29,312 nucleotides of DNA from Octopus sinensis (taxonomy: Eukaryota). This document shows, in pieces, positions 10,201 through 21,864 of this stretch. The position numbers were made by a program, and so were the translations under genes. The notes under the pieces are model-generated. The model did no database searches, was not told the origin of the DNA, and saw only the letters and a program-made list of their open reading frames with translations. Position 1 is the stretch's first letter. Every line of letters begins with the position of its first letter. The stretch spans positions 1 to 29,312 of the forward strand of contig NW_021833138.1 in NCBI RefSeq assembly GCF_006345805.1, read 5' to 3'.

Positions 10201-10812
10201 GATGTAAAAGAGCAGTAGGATCTCCAGGTACAATATATTAGGACTTTATACAGAATTAACTGATCTGGGATGAAGATGGAGAGAGAACATAAAATAAATT
10301 GAACAATAAAAAAAATGAAATGTGTAGTACAAACAAGATAGTGTAAGGTCAGTTCTGCTGTGTTTCCATTGCCCTAAACAACAATGACATAACATGAAAG
10401 TATCTACGAAATTGCTCAGTATGCAAGAAATAACAGTCAATTTCCCATCAAATTACACCCTACTGTCATTAAAACAAGAACACACTGGATATTGTAGTTC
10501 TAAATGAACTAAATCTGAAAGTAAGACAGAGTGGGGGTGGTCATAGCTAGAATGCCCTTGACTGTGGAGCTACTTGGTCAAGGCTAATATGAAGCAAACA
10601 ATAACCTAATATTGAAATATTCTGATTCCAACTAATGAGGTCAAAGACTGGGTGAAACATTTTAAAACACATGTACACACATACATGATATGTATATCCC
10701 AGCATGGCCACAGCCTCAGGGCTAAAAAGAATAGAACGGATGCTATAAACAGCAGCCAAACCACCCTTGACTCTTAAGCATTCAGATTTCTCTGTCAACT
10801 CTAATGGTGAAT

Positions 10813-10966
10813 TAATCATGCATTATCTTGTAGCTTTGAGATTCTGATAATGTGACTTTTTTGGAATGACAATGTAGAATACGGGTGACATTGCTGGATC
10901 TGACCAGTTTGAACATAAAACAGGCAGAATATTCGGTTAGATATGGTCGGTTTAAATACAAGTGGG
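10813..10966 (-). mobile_element. piggyBac-type MITE, copy 2 (3' end missing)
   Basis: Ends gtgggTTAA at 10961-10970. Reverse complement aligns with 18686-18830 (ccatatct..aatattctgcctgttttatgttcaaactgg.cagatcc). Confidence 0.7.
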
Positions 10967-13039
10967 TTAAACTAAGCCCATTCATCTTAAAAAAGTGCAC
11001 AACTGAAATAGTATCTTATATAAACTGACTGGATAAAAAGAGAAAAAGAGACAAACTGGTCTTAGCTGAGACACTTTCAGTTTGTTGGATTAGGGCAGAG
11101 CCAGAGATAAATAACAACATAAACAGACATACAATATGCCTTAGTCACACATAAAGACATTTTATTATAGACTGTCAACATGCCCAACCATAATGTATGT
11201 ACATACACAAACACTTTACTATACATTACATACAGACCTCAGACACCAACAACAACCAATTCCACAACCATTGCCAAAGCAATAAGCTCTACCATCACAG
11301 TCATTAAAATTATTCCAATTTTAGCCAGTCAGTAACTTCACCAAAATAATATCCTTTTGTAATCTATCAGATTTTAATCAAATAAATTTATTAAAATAGA
11401 TAATAACAAATGAACAAAGTGAAACAAGGAAAAAAATGAAAACAAAAACTAATATATATTCAAAACAAAACAAGAGAAAGTATAGTGAAGGGCTTGCAAT
11501 TTCGGGAAGCTGTAATTAACATTCTCAGCATACAATCAGCCATTTCGGAAATAACAGTCAATTCTCTATTGCAGACAAGTAGCAAGGAAATGAAAAGATT
11601 ACAAGCAGGAACAACCAACACCAAGATTGGTGCTACAATACACAGTGTTGTGGTAATATAATAACCGGTTGATGGTGTACATCTATTTCTGGGTCGCAGC
11701 ACAGGAAGTGACCAGTGATATAGTATATTGATTTCTTAAAAATAGGCACAAGAGTAAAAGCAAAATGGTCAAGTGGTTGATGATGGGAATTAGTATTGGG
11801 CTTGTACTAGTGTGTATGTCTTGAGTTCAAGTCCTGGTTGGAGTGTTTTAGAAAATGCAAAAAACACAAATGATTTCTACAGTGCTTTAAGTTCACTTAA
11901 AATATGAACTTGCAAATATATCTTAGTTTTTTCTTTATTACAAACTGAATCATTCAAAAAAATGTGTGGAAAAATATTGTAGGAAGCTAGTGTATGTATG
12001 CTACGCTTTTTTTAATCTATATTCTTCCTTGATTGAGAGCTCCAACTGAAAATATTAAAATTCTCATCACAGCACACATTTTGTTAGATTCTTGTTGTTG
12101 CACATTGTCCATTTTCTTTTATTCCTAGAACAAAATGTTATTGGGTAAAAAATTAGGTGTACTTCAGGATTAAACTCAGGTGTAGAAGTCACTGAATGTG
12201 AATACCTTAGAGTAATTAAATATGACACAATTTCTTTTAAAGTAAATCTCTCTTCCATTGCCTATTCAAAACCATCTCTCTCTCTCTCCTTTATTTTCAA
12301 CAGTATCAAGTGCCAAAATATATACTGAAGAATCAAAGATACCATGTCTAAATGAAGTCCACTTTTGCTACCAACACCCTTAAAATATACAAACTGACAA
12401 GCTGGGTGTCACACTGACCTTCACACTACAGGATACCAATGAAGTATATCTACTGTACATGAGTCTATCATGTCAAACCTCAATATATATGACAACAATT
12501 TCTTCAGTACACTAAGCTTGCTTGAATATAGAACTAACAACAATTTTAATAATTGTCAACGGATGAATGAGCTAATCCCATTTCTTAAGTATATGGTGGG
12601 TATTGTACAAAGAGTAAGAACGAGAAGGTAAGAGAATAAGAGAGAGGAGTGGAAGGAGAGATTATCTCTGTTGCTTCACATCCATTTTCACCTGCTTTTC
12701 TGGGTAGGATAATTTGCTGTTGGAGCGAATGTCTTGCTGCTTACCAATCAATTTTTAGATGAAAATGCAACTCCACCTTGTATATTTTTATTGTTTTTTA
12801 GACAAACTGGAGTAGAGCTATATCTCTTATTATCCAGGGGAAGAAGGAAGGCAAGACAGTGTGCTATAGTGAGAATTGAACTTGTGACAATGTAGTCATT
12901 AGCTCTTCACCTTTATAAAATGAGCCAATTATTCCTAACACTAGTAACAGCCTAACCATCTGATCCAGTTTTCTTGTGGCATCACATCAGTGAGAGATAT
13001 AACGATACCCATGTATCGACAATAAGTCCCAGTCCTTAC

Positions 13040-13133
13040 CTCTAGACAAAAGAGGTACCACCAGGAGGTACATGTAAATGCAGTACACAAGGACTCTGTA
13101 CAATTTACAAGTGATTGCTGAACTCAAATCCAT
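13040..13133 (-). CDS. Putative first coding exon of a secreted or membrane host protein (exon 13040-13149; 16 nt of 5' UTR)
   Basis: Strong acceptor ttcttttcctatcaacccctctccctttctgcAG and donor GAG|GTAAGG. An in-frame TGA sits directly before the ATG. Encodes MDLSSAITCKLYRVLVYCIYMYLLVVPLLSR plus 1 nt (basic n-region, hydrophobic h-region, phase-1 intron). No transcript evidence available. Confidence 0.55.
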
Positions 13134-14100
13134 TCAATGAACAAAACGCCTGCAGAAAGGGAGAGGGGTTGATAGGAAAAGAATGAACTATAGCAGTGAA
13201 ACAGAAGCTCATGAGAGGTGCTATTACATACTAAAACATCCTTAGCCTCACATATCTACATCAGATCAACAAACAAATGCACAAACAAATTTAGTAACAC
13301 AGGGCAGTCAGCACACAAGTAGCAAAATATATCAAGTATGTCTTCACTGTGTGTGCTGTGTGTGTATGCATATATTGTGTTGTGTTGTATGAAAGAGAGA
13401 GAGAAAACATTTATATAAATACCAGCACCTTACACAAGCTTTATATGTTGTACACATGCATATGTGTTAGTATCTTAACATGTATGTAGCATACGAGTGT
13501 ACGTGGTTACAACTGAACTGCAAACATGCTTAACAAATTATGCCATCAATTGTTTAAAATGTCATCTTAACCAGAAAAATCAGACAAGCTTGGTGGCCTC
13601 TGTTCAAATAACATGCTACTTTGCCCCTTACTGAATTAACAGTAATCTTGCTGTGCTCAAACAGGTACAAGATGAGGTATTCTTAATCATCTCTTATGTT
13701 GTTATTTTTAACAATTTTACATCAAACTAGTATTGGAGGTTAATTGGATAATTTTATTATTTCTTATATAGGAACTAAGATATTCATATGATTCACATAT
13801 TTGGAGTATTTTTATAGCTGGATGTCTGACTTTTTCTTAGTATTGAGTAATCAAATGTGATGTGGGAGTGATGATATAGTTTGACAATACTGTTGCAGAG
13901 CTAAAGCCAACAATAGCTAGAACAAGATTTCAATTCATAAACAAGGAGCTTGAAGTTTTGTACCACAACATCATAGTAACTGAACCCATATTAAAATAAA
14001 CTTCCATGATAGCCCTTTCCACCACTTCACCCCATAGTGAGCCATTACACATTAGCTGTAGGAAAATTTGAACTATTTCACCATCAATATAGTTACTTAA

Positions 14101-16632
14101 CTCTTTAGTGTTCAGATTAATTTGTCAAATGTAATGCTTATCTGTTCACATTAATTTTGGTTTATTCAGGTTCAAGTGGGGTGTCCACAATATTTGCTTT
14201 TAACTTTGTTATTTTCTACACGCAGATTTGAAATTTTGTAAATGGGTGCTTATATGCTAGTGGTTTATAGTTACCTAATTTTAGCTGATCTTTCTGATTA
14301 AATTTGACTTTTATGGGCAGGTAAATTTAATTAACAGGTGTAAAAACAATAACATTGTGAATAAACACTAAAATTCATATTCTTAATACATCATTACCTG
14401 TTTGATACTAAAACTATCCCAGATGTCAACCGCCAACAATTTTGTTTTTCAAGATGAGGTACATTTATTTGTATTAATTAAAATACAGGTGTAATCGGTA
14501 CAGGATTTTATTGTTTCTCTATATTTCATTCAAACATTTTCATTGAAAATAATGTACAAAACTCTTTTACTAGTCAATATACCATTGGCTATGTACTCTC
14601 ATACAATTTAATTAATTCATTTACTTAATAGAATGCATCTAATAAAAAAAGCTCATTAACAGGTGAGACAAAGGTGAATACAGGTGTGTAACATACTGAA
14701 AATTAATATGTATTTCTCACTTTCACAAATTATTTATAATAAAATGAAAAGGAATATATGATAAAATAATATAGTTATGACATATTTCTGTGATGAAACT
14801 GCCCAAAGCACCCTTTACACAAGGGCACTTTGCAAAAGGAACACACATACGAAGTCTCAATCTGATACTTTTTTGCAGCGAACACAGCCTGCAAACTTTT
14901 TTTTTCTTTGATTTATCTTTTCAACTTTATGAAAGTCAATATTTTCTCTGTTGACATCCACCTCAGTTAATTTTGCTTTTCTTCCAGTTCTGTGCTTTCT
15001 AGAAGAAAAGCCCTCACATAACTGAGATGCGATGTCAACCCGAAATTTTAAATGGTCATAGTCCTTTGATGGCAGAGGTACCTTGTGGTTTTTTTACATA
15101 TACAACATATGAATTAACTATAGCTAAATTAACTAAAAACCACAAAATGTACCACCGTCATTTCTTCCCAGGTTGACCAACTGAGTAATATGCCTGATAT
15201 TGGTCAGATTTATCAACCCTACCTATATATTTGTTATAACAAATATTCACTAGGGGTTTCCCCTCAGCACCAATACCAGGTTGTTTATTAGTAGACAAAA
15301 ATAAAATGTCTTTTGTCTTTGAAAGCAGTAGCTAATAAATTTTCCTTTTGCATTTGTAAAACGTCCCCTTTTTTTTCAATTTTGTTTTCATTTCATGGGG
15401 TAAACTTTTATGGTTGCCCATAACAGTATTGCACATGTAAATACTTACATGAGCAAGATTTTCTGCCAAAGCCACTGAAGGAAAAAAAAAAAAAAAAACG
15501 GTCAAAATAGAGGTGTCGGTGCTGATGGTGAAATGGTTCAGTAAGAGACCATACTACATCATGTCCCAATCCATATGGTCTGTTTCCATTATATTTTTTA
15601 CCTGTGTAAACATCAAAGTTTACACAATATCCAGTGTCTGATTCACAAACTTCCCATACCTTGATTCCCAATTTAGTAGGTTTGGTAGGCATATACTGCT
15701 GAAAATGTACTCTGCCCTTATAGCATATCATGGCTTCATCTACACTGAGATTTTTCCCAGGTAGATACACAGTTTTATAATTATTAAAGAGTAAATCAAT
15801 TACAGGACGTACTTTGTGCAGGGGATCGCAGTTTGGTTCGTTTTCGCTGGGGCCATTAGCAGAATCAGTTAAATGTAAATACTGAGATATTTTCAAATAC
15901 CTCGTCTTCAACATTATACATGAGATATACGGATCGCCATACTTTATATGAGGACTCCAGTAATTCCACAGTCAAGGAAGCTGTTTAACACCAAACATAA
16001 TATTGATTGTGAAAAACGATCTCAATTCCACAGTATAAGTTGGCTGCCATAGTGGATTGTTTCTTCCGCGAATAGAAATTATACATTGCGCATATTTGTT
16101 AGTTTCCTCTGTAACATTTTTCAAAAAAACTTTCCGGTAAAAATGAAAATAGATAGTCCAATGTGGACCAGTGTTTTCTGTGAAATCAAGAATAATGTTT
16201 GGTGTTCGACCAGGTTGCCATGTTTACGATATCATTTTCATCACTTTTGTTCTCAAAATCTTCCTTGTCTGACGAATAATCACTAATATCGATATCAGAT
16301 CCGTTCGATGACAAAATACTCTTGTTTTCATTTATATTTTCTATATCATCAAGAGTAAAACCTTCAAAGTCGGGATCGCTTCTTGCTGACAACATTTCAT
16401 TAAAAACTAAGGTACAAACTTCTCTTCAAACGTTGAAAAACCATGTGGTCTAAACATTTTCACAGTATTTATACTTGAATAAAAGCAGGAAAGGCTTCAT
16501 TTCGCATTATCTCAAAGCTAAGAGAATTCAAAAACGTGATTTATCTTTTTTTTTTTAGCAATTTTGTAGAGCAGTCACGGATATGGCCGGATTTTGCCAG
16601 TGTGAACACTTTCTATTCATTACTCTCAAAGG

Positions 16633-16633
<1 letters not shown>
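14101..16633 (-). mobile_element. Near full-length decayed piggyBac transposon (~2.5 kb)
   Basis: Left end TTAA|ctctttag (14097-14108); right end aaaGGG at 16628-16633, running into a microsatellite instead of TTAA. The transposase remnant lies between. Assigning the 14101 end to this element is an inference. Confidence 0.7.
14775..16395 (-). pseudogene. piggyBac (DDE_Tnp_1_7 / PGBD-like) transposase pseudogene
   Basis: Across frameshifts it reads: acidic N-terminus; ETNKYA; LSVDEAMICYKGR..YMPTKPTKLGIKVW; HLYFDRFF; YNKYIGRVDKSDQ; LVNLAIVNSY; C-terminal CxxC...CxxCKVPLCKGCFGQFH; TAA at 14775-14777. All three catalytic Asp are visible, along with several frameshifts and in-frame stops. Confidence 0.93.

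Positions 16634-16672
<39 letters not shown>
16634..16672. repeat. (TG)n(TA)n microsatellite at the piggyBac 5' terminus
   Basis: Direct read. Confidence 0.9.
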
Positions 16673-17944
16673 CACATTCAGAATTTCCCATGTTGGCATT
16701 GGCTATTCAGGCCTATTGTACATCATTCCCAATTACCTCAAGCTTTAATTATTTCATGGAGCCCAGTAGTCTAAAAACTGATCTTGCTATGTTTTGTGTT
16801 CTGCTATGACTACCTTCTACTTATAGTACACAACATTTTTTTCCACCAAGCACTCACTTCCATATCACATGTCTAGCTTATCAGTCAGTTCTCTTGATAT
16901 CAATTAATGCCAGCCATTCACTTAGCTCACATGTGCTCAACCTGTTACACAGTTAACATCACAGATCTTGCTTCATTTCTTTCCAGCCTCTGACAACCTT
17001 TTCCCCATATTCAGTTCTCATGAAAATATACTAACAGCTCATCTTTAGAATAAATTGAATCCTAAGCATGGATTAAATGCTTAAAGGTTCTCACCCTGTC
17101 CTCTCTCTCAATATGTGTGTATATGGAAACAATTTTCAGATTGATTACATGACATATTTTCTAGTTTTGCAATGTCTGAGACCAGACTTAGAGCCCTTAA
17201 ACAACTAATGGACATCAGGAACAAACAGAGAGTCTCTACATGGTCACTCAACCATCTAAAAATATTAACCAAATCTCCCTCAAATCACATCTTACTATCT
17301 GCTAAGAAAAAAAAAAGTAAAAATCACTGATGATCTTAAACAAATTGACAGAAGAGCTAATATGTAACAGGTGCACAGTAGTTAGCAGTTGGAATGTCAA
17401 CAAAGTTTTATCTTTCTAATGCTCAGAAGAATAGTTACAAGCAGTTGACAAGTTTCTGACATCCACGTAACCTAACCAACAGTTGAAGTGAATATTGTGA
17501 AAGTAAAGTAGCTAGAGTTAGAATGGGATGGAAAAAGTTTAGGAAATTACTACCTCTGTTGGAAACAAAAGATTTCTCAATCTGAGTGAAAAGTAGATTG
17601 TGTATAGTTGTTACGAAGTGCAATATGAAATGGTAGTTAGTTAGTCAAATGCAGTTGTATGAACCATCTGTTGAATGTATAATGTCAGCATGCATAGACA
17701 GGGCAAAGGAGAGATGAGAGAGGTCAATAAATAGGCATTAGAGGAATCAGTTGTAGTATACAAGAGAGAAGACTATATAGATAAAACATATGAAGGGTGC
17801 CAGCTGGGTGAAGAAGAGACAAATGACTAAAGTAGAAAGAGATTGCAAAAAAAAAAGATATGCAGAAATGTGATTCTAATTGATCTACAGCAAATTGTGA
17901 GATACAGTGATAGAACAGACATATCCAACTTATCCCAGAACAGG

Positions 17945-18150
17945 AAAATTAATACATGGTGTTGATAGGTTTCACACCAGATGGCTGGATGTGATTAAGG
18001 AAGGTCTCCAGAGGCTCAACATCACCTTGGAGAATGCAGAGGGGCTGGCATGTGACTGTCAGCAATGGTGAATGCTGGTGGACCTGATCAGTTCTATGCA
18101 TGATGATGTCTCTAGGACCATTGACCTGAAAAGACCCCAGCTCTATCAAG
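17945..18150 (+). mobile_element. 3' end fragment of an RTE-like LINE (distinct from the 4.5-kb and 7.1-kb families)
   Basis: Plus frame reads DRFHTRWLDVIKEGLQRLNITLENAEGLACDCQQW*MLV, matching the RGRPxxRWxD...AxDRxxWR C-terminal pattern. Confidence 0.65.
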
Positions 18151-18203
18151 CAAAATCAGAAGCAGAGCAGAGGAGAGAGAGAAGTGATAATACATTATCA
18201 CTA

Positions 18204-18350
18204 ACATCATCACCATTTAATGTCCATTTTCCATGCTGGCATGCGTTGGATATTTGATAGGATCCAGTGAACCACAAGGTTGCACCAAGTTCCAGTATCT
18301 GCTTTGGCATGGTTTTTGTGGCAGGACATCTGCCTTAGTGCCAACCACAT
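18204..18350 (-). mobile_element. RTE-type 3' tail fragment
   Basis: catcatcaccatttaatgtccattttccatgctggcatg.gttgga aligns with 7112-7260. Confidence 0.75.
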
Positions 18351-18685
18351 TAGTGTGTATGCTCACATACATCTTAATTCCTCTCATTGCCTCTTCTACA
18401 GTACCCACAACAACTTCCGCATCTCTGAGCTAAGTTGTTTTATATACCCACTCCTGACTGATTACTGTTGGCCCTTACTTGCTGGCTCGAGCCTTCTTCC
18501 CCAAAGTAGCAACAACAGCCTAGAATTCTCCTACTGACATCAGCCTACAAATGTTCAAACTTATTAATTGTAATCTCACTAGTATATGATAGTCTAGGAT
18601 TGCCTAATAAATCCATTCACAAGGCTTTGGGTCAGTCTAAAATGCCCTGTTGACAGATCACTGGTATGTCACTGTAGGACTTTAA

Positions 18686-18889
18686 CCCTTTAACATTCAC
18701 ACCAACCATATCTGGCCAAACATTCTGCCTCTTTTATATTCAAACTGGCCAGATCCAACATTTCACACCCACTCTACAATGTCATAATAAAAATAAACAA
18801 TCACATCATTGAAATCTCAAAGCTATGAGATAAAGACAATGTGAATAAATGAGCATTAGATTTGACAGAGTAATCTGAATACTAAAGGG
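18686..18889 (+). mobile_element. piggyBac-type MITE, copy 3 (complete, TTAA on both sides)
   Basis: TTAA(18682-18685)|CCCTTTAACATTC ... GAATACTAAAGGG|TTAA(18890-18893): terminal inverted repeats plus TTAA target. Confidence 0.88.
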
Positions 18890-20474
18890 TTAAACTGCAT
18901 CCTGTGGTGGACCCTGGATCAGAAGTTCCAGAGTTTTGAGGAATGTGGAGTCATCTCTTAACCATTATTATTCCCATGTCTATTCTGACCCAAAGTAGTA
19001 ATATCTGTCAGGGTTATAGCTATGGATTAATTAGCATAATATTCTAATTGCCTGCCTCTACATGTGAAGACTGGATTTGATGGACTCTGGAGAAGAAACC
19101 ATCATGGTTCAATGGAGGGGGAGGTGGCTGCAGTAACACACAGTAGTGTGCAGAGACCAAGATGAGGGAAGTACAGCATCTTGGCCATCCATTACATTCA
19201 TCTTCATCCCCAGTCATCTTGACCTGACCTTACTACTGGATTGAACAATGGTCATGGATGAGATAGTGAGGTTAACAGTTAGCAACTCTTCAATATAAAT
19301 GAATAATCAGTCACTCTTAAGAACAATTAGATGGTCCTTGTGGCTCTGACAGACAGACAGATAAACATATCAATGTTGCCACTTATATATCAAAACTGAT
19401 AGCAATAATGATATGAACATCCTAGTCAAGCAGATTGCATGAACTGATGCAGTAAAGTTACCATTTCAGATGAGGTGGAAGTAAAATCTCAAAACCTAAA
19501 ACTTAAGTATATGACTGGAATTAGACAAATTCCATCAACTGTTTCACAGTTGTTCTGCCACTGCAGATCTTTCACATTTACTGTCTGTGTTTTACTGACA
19601 TAAACATCATATACTCAACAAACATCTCATAAAAACAGCTTTTAGAATGGAGAGAGAAACCTTTTACTGCAAACTAAAATAGCAGTTTCTAAGTGTTTTC
19701 CCATTACATCAGTTTCATAAATGTTTTCCATTAAATCAAATTATTGTTGTGGTAGTTGCCATAATTAGAAGAAACTTGTTTAACTAATTTATCTCTAATT
19801 GATTATCACATACAGTGTCTTGTTAAAACTATGAGAATTATAAATTAATGGCTCAAACTGCTAATGTAAATGATATTAGATTTAATAAGCACTAATTTGA
19901 AACAAAAAGAGAGCTTCAGACCCAAATTGGTGTTAATAATGTTTAATGCAATTTCTGGGATTGAATATACAGATTGAATACTCAGTGGAAACTTATTTTC
20001 GTAAGAAGATTGGTTGACAGATTAACGGAGAACTATCATCTACCACATATGAATAGTTAAGAGTTTAGAATGAGGGACTGATATGTTCGCATGAAACTAA
20101 GAGTACAGAACTACTATATTAACTGCTGCATTTGCATGCATGCTGAAGCAGGCTTTGTGACATCACCCATGTTGATAATGTCATTATTCTTCATACAGTT
20201 ACCAAAGTCATAAGGTTATTTACTATTCACTGACACAAATAGAATTCATAAAAATAAACAAATTATAAAAAAAAAACATGTACAGACTTATTTATATGCT
20301 TAGACATTATACATTCAATTAGTGTTGCCTTTATTCCATTGCTACTCAGTTCTTCATAATTGTGTGAGTAACAGGACATTCTGGGCAGTGACAAAATGAA
20401 GCCACAACAGAACAAACTACTGTAGGTATTGAGTACTTTCTTGGGGAAATAAATAAATAAATATATATAAGATT

Positions 20475-20636
20475 GGATGCAGGGGTGAGTATGTGGTTAA
20501 CAAGCTTGCTTCTTAAACATGTGGTTTTAGATTCAGTCCCACAACATAGTACCTTGGGCCAATATCTCCTGTTATAGCTCTGGGCGGAGCAAAGCCCTTG
20601 TGAGTGGAATTCGTAGATGAAAACTGAAAGAAGCCC

Positions 20637-20640
<4 letters not shown>
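20475..20640 (+). mobile_element. tRNA-derived SINE head followed by (TA)n
   Basis: Aligns with 5255-5405. Its 3' part (from 20566) is recopied at 23791-23862. Confidence 0.8.
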
Positions 20641-20671
<31 letters not shown>

Positions 20672-20782
20672 TTCCCGTGGTTGGACATAATTTCATGGAA
20701 GACTGGAAACAGACAAACTTGTATGATGTTGATTTACAAATATCATGTAATATCTAGACAAAGGCCCACACACACATATATA

Positions 20783-21864
20783 CAGGGTAAAGTATTTGAG
20801 GACATACCGTTTTGGGGTCATTGCTATATGTTTTGTTAACTCTATATAATCTATGTTTCAGAAAATAGTAATTGCAAACCCTCAGCTTACTCAAGAAATG
20901 AAGAGGCATGTTGTTATCATGGTTATAAAGACTGAGCATAGTGATTTAGAAATATCTCGATTTTTAAAAGTTGCCAGAGCTAGAGACTGAAGATAGATAC
21001 ATATCGCCAGTATCAAAGCAGAAAAAGCATTCTAAATGCTCTGAAATCATCAGAGCACCTGAATTTATCCAGCAAGTTCAACACACCATTGATTACAATC
21101 CCAGAAAGTCCATGAGATCAATTGAAAAGATCTCCATGTGTGTTAGAAGGAACAGTCAGAAATGTTGTCCACGAAGACATCAGATATTAGTCTTATATGA
21201 TGAGGAAAGGTCAGTTTGTCAGAAAAAGCAAAAGAAAATCACTACGTCAGATCTAAAAGGCTCTTAAACAAACTGAAAAATCCAGCAGAAGATTTGATTT
21301 GGTTTTTCTCAAACAACGAAAACTTCGACCAAGATCTAAAAGTTAACAAGAAATGACAGATGGTTATGTACAGAACCTTCTGAAGTTCCAAGTGTTATGC
21401 ATACAAAATTTCCTTCAACTGTCATGGTTTTAGTGGTTGTCAGCAATGAAGGACATGTGATGCCTCCTTACTTATTTCCACAAGGCCTTAGAGTTAACTC
21501 TGCTGCCTACATTGAGGTCCTAGAAACAATTGTTAAGTCCTGGATAGACTGTATTCAATGGAAGGCCATGTTGTTTCAGTAAAACTCTGCACTATCACAT
21601 ATGGCTCTAGTAATACAGGAATGGATGGCTGAAAATTTTTGATGATCACATAACATTTGGCCTCCTAATTCCCCAAATTTCAACCCATTGGCCTATTACA
21701 TGTGGTGCCTTGTTGAGAAAAGGTCAATGAACATGCCCATAACACCAAAGATTCTTTGAAAGCTGCCAGTCAGAGTAATGTCCAAAATGAACCGGGACCA
21801 CTTGATTCGGACATGTAGATGTCATATAGATGCAGTTGTTGAAGCTGAAGGTGGCTTTATTGAA
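20783..21864 (+). mobile_element. Decayed Tc1/mariner (maT/DD37D-like) transposon, copy 1; 3' TIR not seen
   Basis: TA|CAGGGT start; ATG at 20898 (MKRHVVIMVIKTEHSDLEISRFLKVAR). Remnant motifs: WFFSNNENFDQD, VMHTKFPSTVMVLVVVSNEGHVMPP, FQ*NSALSH, WPPNSPNFNPLAYY, VVEAEGGFIE. Catalytic Asp positions read N, N, A. Confidence 0.85.

Noticed and set aside
12270-12380. Strong plus-strand acceptor at 12303/12304
   Set aside because: The tract is a (CT)n repeat and all three downstream frames stop quickly; a terminal exon cannot be supported without transcripts.
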